The notes beneath the pieces were generated by a model. That model made no database searches, was not told the origin of the DNA, and saw nothing but the letters and a program-made list of their open reading frames with translations. From Methanobacteriota archaeon (GTDB lineage Archaea > Thermoplasmatota > Poseidoniia > Poseidoniales > Poseidoniaceae): DNA of 64,000 nucleotides. Shown here one piece after another: positions 56,268 to 64,000 of this stretch (position 1 is the first letter of the stretch; every line of letters begins with the position of its first letter). Position numbers and translations under genes: made by a program. Where the stretch lies: assembly GCA_002719815.1 (NCBI GenBank), contig PBET01000024.1, positions 3,393-67,392 on the forward strand, in the 5' to 3' direction.

Positions 56268-58789
56268 TCACCCCTACGCAACATGCTTGACGTGAACAAG
56301 AGAATCCCAATGATGGCATACACGAGCCCCAAGCCCAATCCAGCAACAGAAGAAGGTCCTTGTTCGAGTTCAACGGACGAAGATTCGATGACCACTGCTA
56401 CCGAAGGTGATTGGCATGGCGCCTCCAAGATGCGATCATCAAGAATGGTTTGAAGTTGATAATCGGACGTTCCGATAAGATTCGGCGAATCCGTGAACGA
56501 TGTTGTATTTGTTTTACCAACAACAACACCATTTCGCGCAATCTCAAACGATGCTTGTACAGAAGACGTCCAAGTCCACTCAAGATTCACATCATTTCCA
56601 GATACTGTATGAACAAGGTTTGGGCATGCCAATGCCGGAATCGATTCAAGCGTCATCGACGTCGAATTAGTTGAGCCTGATTCATCGGTGACAACAAGCG
56701 ATACATCGAGCGATCCACTAAGAGGCATGAGGAGCGATGTTTCGAGTCCAGATGCGCCCCCGCTTGCCCAAGCCCATTTGTAATGGACGATTGCATTATC
56801 TGCATCGGTTGATGCACGTGCTGAGAGAACAACACGTTCACCAGCATACAGGGATTCTGTAAGCACCGTTATCTGTGCAATTGGAGGGGCGTTTTCAACG
56901 ATGATGGAAGACGTTGATACAACGGAACTTTCCCCATCACTGGCAACCACTTCAACACTCCATTCTTGGCCTGGACCGAGGTAGGATGAAGGCACAATTG
57001 TTGCATTATCAAGCGATCCTTCCCGAAACCCGTTTCGGAACCAAGTAATGGATGAAATTTCGGTCACATCTTCATCGAGGTCAGCCATGATCGCTTCAAG
57101 GGAGAGATCGTCTTGGGATGTAACGCCTTCATTCAGTACGATTGAAAGTTGAGGCTCTGTATTGATGATGGATACTGAAACCGTTTGACTTTGAGAACTC
57201 ACGTCTTCACCATCATCGGCTTGGAGAACAGCTGTCCATGTATCGCCCTTTTTTGTCGCAGAGAATGGCAGCGTTGCAAGATTGTTGTACGCTGGCTGTT
57301 CCGTCCCGTCAAGGTACCAAACGATGAGTGCCGTGAGCGTATCGCCATCAGCATCGCTCATGGTAGCATTAACTGTGATATCTTGATCTGTCGACGCTTC
57401 TGTAGCGCTTGTTGAAGCTGCATCTAGTTGCGGTCGTGTGTTCAAAATCTGGATTGTTGAAGAGGTGGCCCATGCTGACCAATCAGTTCCATCGTTGACT
57501 CGGATTTCGACAGACCACATGTCGTTTTTACTCGTAACAGATGCGTCGAGCATCGATGAGGAAAATGTTGTCAATAATCCGTTCTTCGACCAACGATACT
57601 CTGTTTGAACAATGGCGTCCATATCTGCATCAGAAGAAGTTGATGAGGCGGTGAGTGAATCGGATGTTGTTGGAGCCGATGGAGAAATGGTGATGCTATC
57701 AACTGTTGGGACTGTGTTTGACGTTTGATCGCTAATGGAAATTGAATTTGAACGAGCCCATGAGGAGTAATCTTCTCCATCGTATGCTCGGATCTCAACC
57801 TCCCAAGAGTCCCCGCTACGTGTCGTATAGGATGGGACGATGGTAAAATTGTCCAACCCATGTTGTAGCGAACCATCGAGATACCAACGATACTCGTAGG
57901 ATAATGCATCCCCGTCGTTGTCACTTGGACTTGTTACAGATGCTGATAGGTCATCATCATTGGTTGGTGTGGAAGGAGTCAATACCGCTGATGCAATCGT
58001 CGGTGGTGCATTGAACACCGTCACGATGTTGGATTGGGTTTCAGTTCCAACATCTTCGCCATCAGATGGTGTAACCTTTGCCCACCAGTCATCGTTCTTG
58101 GTCGTATGAGTTTTCGAAATCGTCAGCTGATCGTTAAACTGCGTTTGATGACCTCCATTCTTGAACCAATGAATGGATGTACCTGTCTCCAAATCGCCAT
58201 CTTGATCAGAATATGTGTATGCAAGCGTCAGATCATCAAGGGATGTTGCCATTGATGGTGTAATTTGAACGTTGGAAACTGAGGGCGGATTATTTGTAAC
58301 AACCACTGTTTCAGTAATGGTCAAACTCATGGTTGACCAAGCATCGCCGTTGTTCCCATAAGCTCCATTTGCAGTCATGCCTGCAATGTCGACGTTGACC
58401 GTTCCACTACCTGCAGATGGTGCTGTCCAATCGAAGGACCAAGCACGATTGACAGCATTTGAGTGGGTAATGGATTTGCCACTAACTTTGACAGAAGTAC
58501 TTCCTCCCGTAGCAAATGTTCCCTTGTCAACTTGGACATTGAATCCACCATATGTTCCAGATAGGCTGCTTGAAACTGATAGTTGGATAGAGTAGGTTTG
58601 GCCAGCAGTGTACGTGGACGGGAAATTCTCTGAAATTGTCACCGAAGAGCTGCTAGAATGACATCCGCATCCCCCTGAGGAGTAATGCCTCCCGTTGGAA
58701 TTTGCTTCGATGATAGGTGAAAGCATCACCATCGCAACAACGGCTGACAGGACTATCGCTTTTAGTTGCATAACAGAAAAGTATTCCAA
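56264..58789 (-). CDS. Large secreted adhesin-like protein with ~6 tandem ~95-aa repeats and C-terminal TM anchor
   Basis: Signal peptide; GGCGCH after cleavage site; repeats each carrying W..V.(A/P)(S/N)DGEDxSxW; C-terminal LGLGLVYAIIGILLF; 4-bp overlap with downstream gene. Confidence 0.6.
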   Translation of the reverse strand: MEYFSVMQLKAIVLSAVVAMVMLSPIIEANSNGRHYSSGGCGCHSSSSSVTISENFPSTYTAGQTYSIQLSVSSSLSGTYGGFNVQVDKGTFATGGSTSVKVSGKSITHSNAVNRAWSFDWTAPSAGSGTVNVDIAGMTANGAYGNNGDAWSTMSLTITETVVVTNNPPSVSNVQITPSMATSLDDLTLAYTYSDQDGDLETGTSIHWFKNGGHQTQFNDQLTISKTHTTKNDDWWAKVTPSDGEDVGTETQSNIVTVFNAPPTIASAVLTPSTPTNDDDLSASVTSPSDNDGDALSYEYRWYLDGSLQHGLDNFTIVPSYTTRSGDSWEVEIRAYDGEDYSSWARSNSISISDQTSNTVPTVDSITISPSAPTTSDSLTASSTSSDADMDAIVQTEYRWSKNGLLTTFSSSMLDASVTSKNDMWSVEIRVNDGTDWSAWATSSTIQILNTRPQLDAASTSATEASTDQDITVNATMSDADGDTLTALIVWYLDGTEQPAYNNLATLPFSATKKGDTWTAVLQADDGEDVSSQSQTVSVSIINTEPQLSIVLNEGVTSQDDLSLEAIMADLDEDVTEISSITWFRNGFREGSLDNATIVPSSYLGPGQEWSVEVVASDGESSVVSTSSIIVENAPPIAQITVLTESLYAGERVVLSARASTDADNAIVHYKWAWASGGASGLETSLLMPLSGSLDVSLVVTDESGSTNSTSMTLESIPALACPNLVHTVSGNDVNLEWTWTSSVQASFEIARNGVVVGKTNTTSFTDSPNLIGTSDYQLQTILDDRILEAPCQSPSVAVVIESSSVELEQGPSSVAGLGLGLVYAIIGILLFTSSMLRRGD

Positions 58790-58828
58790 ACTCGTTAAGA
58801 ATGTTCGTTCCGAGCATCAGAAAATCTC

Positions 58829-60949
58829 TCAATAATCAAACAAGGTTGGTTGGGCCGTTGGAGAAGTTGATTTTTCTTCATCGAAATCGCCTGACAATTG
58901 TTCCATCAATGTCTTTTCATCCCATACTTGAACGTCGAATTTTTCTGCCTTTGCAAGCTTTGAACCAGCATTTTCTCCCGCTACGAGAATCGAAAGATTG
59001 CCCGATACGCTACTGACAACCTTTCCGCCGGCAGCCTTGATACGGGCCTGAATACTCTTTCTCGATTCAGAGAGTGTGCCCGTTACACAGAATGTCATTC
59101 CTTCGAACGGTCCTCCAGCAGCCACTTGGACTTCTTTTGTGATGGTCAATTGTGTGAGGAGATCAACGATGAAAGCTCTACGTAAATGAATGCCGTCTCT
59201 GAGTTGCAAAGCGACAATCTCTCCAACACCATCAATGGATGTTAATTCAGAGATTCGTGAAGAATCATCTTGGCTTTCATCAACCCATTGCAGAAGGTTC
59301 TCAGGTTGAACGAAATGATTCGATATTGCAGAAGCAAGTTCTGGACCAATACCTGGCAACCCAAGGGCGCTAAGGAACTTCGAAAAGGTCATTGAACGAC
59401 TTTTTTGGATCTCGTTCAGAACATTGTCAGCGGACTTTTGACCCATACGATCGAGAGAGAGCAACATCTGTTCATCCAACCGATACAAATCAGGTATGCT
59501 TGAGATGAGGCCTTCATCGATGAGTTGTTCGACAAGTTTCTCGCCAATCCCGTCCATTTCCAACGCTCTACAATAGTACAGGATGCTCCGACCAAGTCGA
59601 GCAGAACATTGAACATCCGTACATCGAATGAATGCGCCTTCAATCTCGATTGGTCCTTCACAAGCAGGGCATGCTTCTGGAGGAGTTATTGCTCGGCGTT
59701 GCGGTAGTTTTCCAGTAAATGGTTCACCATCTGCATGCACTCTACCTTCGATATCGTGTTGTGATGCAGCACCAAGGCTGGCTTCGATCTTTGGAATGAC
59801 ATCGCCTCGCCGAACGATACGAACTTTGTCACCGATTTGGATCTCAAGTCGTTCAATTTCACCAAGATTGTGAAGGGTTGTATTCTCGACGGTGACGCCT
59901 CCTACACGTTGAGGAGCGATACGTGCAACCGGCGTAATCGTTCCAGTTCGGCCCGTTTGCCAATCAACGTCGAGCAAGACAGATGTTGCTTCTTCAGGCG
60001 GAAATTTCCAGGCCAATGCCCAACGTGGATGATGGGCCGTCATGCCGAGTAAATCTCTCTTCTCGAGATCATCAACTTTGAACACAAGTCCATCGATTTC
60101 AAAACCATACGTCTCTCGATTTTTACTCCATTTTTGCGTTTCATGGCAAAGGGAATCGATTGATGCATCTTCTGTAGCCGAGTTGTGTACGACCCATGGT
60201 GCAGGCTTGACCCCTGCTATCGTAGTCAACCATTCGAGAATTTGGCTGTCAAATGCATCGCTTGGAGGTGCAATCGAATCGGGGTGACGCACATGTTCTG
60301 GAGGAAACTTCGCATCATAAGCAAGGAAGACCAAGTCGCTTGCATCCGCCTTTCCATCCGCGTTTTTCTGACGAAGCGCGCCAGCTGCAAGGTTTCTCGG
60401 ATTGGGGGAAATCTCCCGATATTTCGCTTCGAACACCGATTTTCTCATCACCACTTCGCCACGAATGTGAACATCGACTTCAACCCCAAGTCTGTTCGGA
60501 ACGTTTTCCACCTTGCGTGCATTTTTGGTAACATCTTCGCCCCTGTCTCCACTGCCTCGTGTTGCAGCTCGAACCAAACGGCCTTTTCTGTATTCGAGCG
60601 AGAGTGCTGAACCATCGAGTTTTGGTTGTGAAATAAACCGGGTTGATTCGAGTGATGATTCTTTGACAAAGTGAGCGATGTCTTCATCGTTTGTGCCTTT
60701 GTTCAGCGAGCGCATCGGGAACAAATGATCGACTTTGACTGTTCCAGGATCGATTTCAGCGCCGACGCGTTGCAATTGGGGATGTTGGGGGTCAAGTGCT
60801 TTCAATTCATCCCAGAGTGCATCAAATTCAGCATCTGATATCTCGGATTGTGCTTTGTTGTAATACAGATCGGAATGGTATGCAATCTGCTCAGATAGCC
60901 ATGCTACGCGGCTCTGGTTGGAAGTGGATTCCTTCGCATCCTGAGCCAT
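58829..60949 (-). CDS. ligA: NAD+-dependent DNA ligase (bacterial LigA type) with C-terminal BRCT
   Basis: AYHSDLYYNKAQSEISDAEFDAL, adenylation motif QPKLDGSAL, Zn Cys cluster CPACEGPI...C...C, HhH region, BRCT GMTFCVTGTL. Confidence 0.9.
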   Translation of the reverse strand: MAQDAKESTSNQSRVAWLSEQIAYHSDLYYNKAQSEISDAEFDALWDELKALDPQHPQLQRVGAEIDPGTVKVDHLFPMRSLNKGTNDEDIAHFVKESSLESTRFISQPKLDGSALSLEYRKGRLVRAATRGSGDRGEDVTKNARKVENVPNRLGVEVDVHIRGEVVMRKSVFEAKYREISPNPRNLAAGALRQKNADGKADASDLVFLAYDAKFPPEHVRHPDSIAPPSDAFDSQILEWLTTIAGVKPAPWVVHNSATEDASIDSLCHETQKWSKNRETYGFEIDGLVFKVDDLEKRDLLGMTAHHPRWALAWKFPPEEATSVLLDVDWQTGRTGTITPVARIAPQRVGGVTVENTTLHNLGEIERLEIQIGDKVRIVRRGDVIPKIEASLGAASQHDIEGRVHADGEPFTGKLPQRRAITPPEACPACEGPIEIEGAFIRCTDVQCSARLGRSILYYCRALEMDGIGEKLVEQLIDEGLISSIPDLYRLDEQMLLSLDRMGQKSADNVLNEIQKSRSMTFSKFLSALGLPGIGPELASAISNHFVQPENLLQWVDESQDDSSRISELTSIDGVGEIVALQLRDGIHLRRAFIVDLLTQLTITKEVQVAAGGPFEGMTFCVTGTLSESRKSIQARIKAAGGKVVSSVSGNLSILVAGENAGSKLAKAEKFDVQVWDEKTLMEQLSGDFDEEKSTSPTAQPTLFDY

Positions 60950-60973
60950 ACTCTACCACCGTGTTGACCCCAT

Positions 60974-61438
60974 TTAAGGTTCATGATTTTGCAGTTTAAG
61001 TTCGACGAATTCTCCATCGATCATCGGACATCGTGACATAACAATGTTTGACATAATTCGCATGTGAATTTCGGCTACAACAAACACTGTCGCTTCAAAC
61101 ATATGTCCCGCGTGTGTTACAAAATCGTCGTCAGCAAAGGTGGCATGAAGGTGTGTGAATGCAGAACCATCCTCATGGCGGGCAAGATTTCCTTGTAAGG
61201 TGACGAGTTCAGCTGGTTGCTCAATTACACGCCGATGATAGGTGAATGTTTCATCCATGTATCCGAACGTTGAATTCATGGTACGACCGATTCCACTCGT
61301 AATCACAGCCCCATTGATGTCAAGTTCGTCTGCAAGTTTTCGAAGGGATGTGTGAATCTCTTCGCCCGGTTCCAGAACGATGACAACATCATCGCCACTA
61401 CGTGCCCATTCCATGATTGAAACACACCAAGGAATCAC
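60974..61438 (-). CDS. PPC/DUF296-domain protein
   Basis: DVVIVLEPGEEIHTSLRKLADELDINGAVITSGIGRTMN pattern typical of PCC/DUF296. Confidence 0.45.
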   Translation of the reverse strand: MIPWCVSIMEWARSGDDVVIVLEPGEEIHTSLRKLADELDINGAVITSGIGRTMNSTFGYMDETFTYHRRVIEQPAELVTLQGNLARHEDGSAFTHLHATFADDDFVTHAGHMFEATVFVVAEIHMRIMSNIVMSRCPMIDGEFVELKLQNHEP

Positions 61439-61454
61439 TTAGCCATACCTCTCT

Positions 61455-61982
61455 TCATTCCTCTTCGTTTGGATGAAGGATGTCAACGATCTTCTGTGCT
61501 GCGACATCAAGGTCTGAGCGATCGCCTCCAAGCGGAAGAGGTCCGAATGGCCCCCAGCCTTTACGAAGCAACATAATTCGGTGCTTTGGTTGACGTTTTG
61601 GAAGACGAAGTCGTTGCCAGGCATAGCGTTGTCCATCGGCAAAAAGATGCGTTGAAGTAACTGCATATCGTTTTGGAACAAGAAGGGAAATGATATGCAA
61701 ACCAAGCAATACATCCCAAAGAATGACGTAGAAAATTGGTGTATTCGAAAAGGATGCGAATCCCCATGGTAGAGCCATCATTGCCGCCATTGAACCGAGA
61801 TTCGCCCATTGCCGGAACATCTCATGATTGCGCTCACTTTTCCAAGCAAATCCATTGTTTGGAAGATGTCCAAATTCGGGCACATCTCGATGTTGTCGAG
61901 TTAGCCACCAAGCATCCCAAGCCACAATCGCCCCTAAAATGAGAACCATCGCAATGGCAACGGATTCTGCACTCGGAAGCAT
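61455..61982 (-). CDS. Membrane protein with C-terminal bacterial-PH-like region, hypothetical
   Basis: Three hydrophobic helices followed by a basic soluble segment. Confidence 0.4.
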   Translation of the reverse strand: MLPSAESVAIAMVLILGAIVAWDAWWLTRQHRDVPEFGHLPNNGFAWKSERNHEMFRQWANLGSMAAMMALPWGFASFSNTPIFYVILWDVLLGLHIISLLVPKRYAVTSTHLFADGQRYAWQRLRLPKRQPKHRIMLLRKGWGPFGPLPLGGDRSDLDVAAQKIVDILHPNEEE

Positions 61983-61991
61983 AACAAACCC

Positions 61992-64000
61992 TCAAAGCAT
62001 TCGTTCATCGATTTCGCCCAATGATTTCGGGCCTCCACCACGAATTCGGATGAAGAAGATGATGAGAACCAAAATCAGAATCGCTCCAAGGAAGATAATC
62101 GGCGTAGAATTGTCTTCGGAATTGCCCATTGAACTTCCTTCGAGTTCATCGGGCGTTCCATCACCATCATCGTCCTGATCTTCAAACAGTGAAGTCGTAA
62201 ATCCAGGTGGACATTCGATTCGATCTGGTTGTCCATCTTCATCGGTATCCAACCAGGCACAGGGGTCTTTTGGCCAAACATCGTTTTCATCCAAACGGCC
62301 ATCATTATCATCATCCGGGTCGTATATGTCTGGGCCACATTGCAATCCGTTTACTGCATCAAACCATGTATCTGAACTACACGATGATGTCCAATCACCA
62401 TCTGTATCGAGTTGTGTTACTTCGATATCAACTTCGACCATGGATGTAAGCCCAAGATTGTCTGTTGCAGTAATTGAAACGACAAACAGGCCAGAATCAA
62501 GATTGCTAATGTTGAACATTGTTGATGTCGATTGCCCATCTTTGACCAGTTGGTTTTGAGCATCGAATACCTGCCAATTGATGGAAATGTTCTCGAATAC
62601 TGTCGTATCATCAGAAACGGAAATCGAGACTTCAACAGGCATCGTTTCCATATGACGTTGCCCAGAATATGGGCTTTGAATGGACAAATCGGGTGCTTGA
62701 TTGGCAAGAAGAACAATTTGAACACCCTTCGCAGCGTCTTGTCCGATTGGGAATGTGAGAAGCGTAGGCAAACTCATTGAAGATAAGGCCTCTACTGTAG
62801 CTTCATTCGTCGTTGAAGACCCTTCAAACGTGGTTTGTGTATGAAGCAATTCAACATCGATAAATGAGCCCGAATACGCAACTGCTGCCGTCAATAAATC
62901 GCTGTTGATCGAATACGTGGCTTCCACAACTTCTCCACCTAGTACGGCATGAAGGGAGTGGGTGCTCCATTCATTGAGCAACCCATCCGAATCAATTGAT
63001 TCAGATCCCGATCTTGTGGTATCGACTGCATCAACGCGACTGCTTGAAATCGAAATGTCCCCTTGAATCGTAGAAGACGACATTCGAAGGTCGAAGAATT
63101 CGACAGAAATGGCTTCCACAGATTGAATGGAAGCATTGGTCAGCAAGACTGGTGCTGGCTCTTCGAAATCATGTGCATGAAGTTTCAAGCCCACTGAGTA
63201 ATCCAAAATCTGTACTTCTTCCAAAACAACAGGCTCAGTAATGCCATGACGTATGGTTAATCCAACACCTGAATTCTCTCCATCCAACGTTAGATCGTAG
63301 AGGTTTCCAGAGGTTTCATCCAAATCGATTCCAGGTGCACCCCAAACGGAAAGATTGCGGAAATTGACGTCTTCACACATGAATGCAAATACACCACCAC
63401 TTTCACCAGCGTAGATATCCGAATCGCTAAGGTGGAAACCAGCATCAATGGACTGCATACGAACGACATACGCTCCGTCAAATGAAGAAGAGTCGATTCC
63501 TCGAACCTGGCCCGTCGTTCCAGTGAGATCGATACCATCCTCAAGTCCAGCGCCGAGGTTGAGGCCTTGAACATCAAGTGAGGAAAGACGGGCCCATAAC
63601 CCATCTCCATTGCAATCCGTTAGGGATACATCGTGCAATGTTAATGTTGCATCTTGACTTTGACTTTGAATGCACATTGAACCTGCATCTCGTAGGTCAG
63701 AATCAGTCATTGTCAGCGAGGATTGAGCGGTTGCTAGGATGCTGATCAGCGGGTCTCCTCCTGCAGAACGAGCGAAATGCGCCCCCTGTATACTTGCATC
63801 GCCAAGACCTGCCATTGTCAGCAAAGGAGAGCCTTCGGTTAGAACTGTACCAGAGAGATCGATACGTGAACCCACAATTCCATCGAGAAGGAGTCCTCCC
63901 CAACGAGCGCCGAAACCTGTCGATGATATCGTTGATGCTCCTGCTTCAAAGATGCCTTGTACATCGATAATTGCATTGGACGAAATGCGTAATTCAACAC
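61992..64000 (-). CDS. Secreted beta-helix/adhesin-like surface protein, 5'-partial (N-terminus beyond window end), C-terminal TM anchor
   Basis: No in-frame stop between 63875 and 64000 on the minus strand; D-rich DTDEDGQPD...DDDGDGTPDE repeats then PIIFLGAILILVLIIFFIRIRGG. Confidence 0.55.
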   Translation of the reverse strand, partial: VELRISSNAIIDVQGIFEAGASTISSTGFGARWGGLLLDGIVGSRIDLSGTVLTEGSPLLTMAGLGDASIQGAHFARSAGGDPLISILATAQSSLTMTDSDLRDAGSMCIQSQSQDATLTLHDVSLTDCNGDGLWARLSSLDVQGLNLGAGLEDGIDLTGTTGQVRGIDSSSFDGAYVVRMQSIDAGFHLSDSDIYAGESGGVFAFMCEDVNFRNLSVWGAPGIDLDETSGNLYDLTLDGENSGVGLTIRHGITEPVVLEEVQILDYSVGLKLHAHDFEEPAPVLLTNASIQSVEAISVEFFDLRMSSSTIQGDISISSSRVDAVDTTRSGSESIDSDGLLNEWSTHSLHAVLGGEVVEATYSINSDLLTAAVAYSGSFIDVELLHTQTTFEGSSTTNEATVEALSSMSLPTLLTFPIGQDAAKGVQIVLLANQAPDLSIQSPYSGQRHMETMPVEVSISVSDDTTVFENISINWQVFDAQNQLVKDGQSTSTMFNISNLDSGLFVVSITATDNLGLTSMVEVDIEVTQLDTDGDWTSSCSSDTWFDAVNGLQCGPDIYDPDDDNDGRLDENDVWPKDPCAWLDTDEDGQPDRIECPPGFTTSLFEDQDDDGDGTPDELEGSSMGNSEDNSTPIIFLGAILILVLIIFFIRIRGGGPKSLGEIDERML

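Noticed and set aside
55305-58789. c-type cytochrome assignment for the two secreted proteins based on C..CH
   Set aside because: Motifs are CxxxCH and CxCH, not the canonical CxxCH. No second haem motif, and no cytochrome maturation genes are nearby. Kept only as an unexplained shared motif.
1-64000. CRISPR arrays, IS elements/transposases, rRNA genes
   Set aside because: No short regularly spaced direct repeats, no DDE-transposase- or integrase-like ORFs, and no rRNA-like conserved stretches were seen on either strand.

Overview
64-kb window that looks like it comes from a halophilic archaeon; that origin is an inference. Supporting points: strongly acidic predicted proteins, roughly 45-48% GC by eye, a TFB-type Zn-ribbon/cyclin protein, MCM, GatE, Trm1, two PTH2, PAC2-family proteins, a RaSEA-like radical-SAM protein, archaetidylserine decarboxylase, PGF-CTERM-like anchors, and many secreted proteins with a C-terminal TM helix plus acidic tail. 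A Haloquadratum-like host is a guess only. Coding density is high and most genes are housekeeping. From left to right: a pabC-like/pabAB folate pair, an Obg/YchF-type GTPase translationally coupled to a polytopic membrane protein ending in two canonical EF-hands, RaSEA-like, PS-decarboxylase-like, an RCC1-repeat surface protein, proline iminopeptidase. The most notable block is a bacterial-type AddB-like/AddA-like helicase-nuclease operon (13.5-22.1 kb), followed by a divergent AT-rich promoter region with a palindromic/direct-repeat operator in front of a lysine-rich divergent TFB paralog. Further right: threonine aldolase, two tandem PTH2 paralogs, GatE, MCM, PurM, Trm1, a giant FG-GAP surface protein, a small block of non-acidic genes (wHTH-like plus pentapeptide-repeat protein) next to a tRNA-Arg(GCG), a lipoprotein-ectodomain::AmpG/PAT-like MFS fusion, a DnaQ-like exonuclease convergent with a Cas4-like 4-Cys nuclease, NAD+-dependent LigA, and further secreted adhesin-like proteins. 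No CRISPR array, transposase, integrase or rRNA was recognised. All functional calls come from motif reading by eye; none is a database hit.
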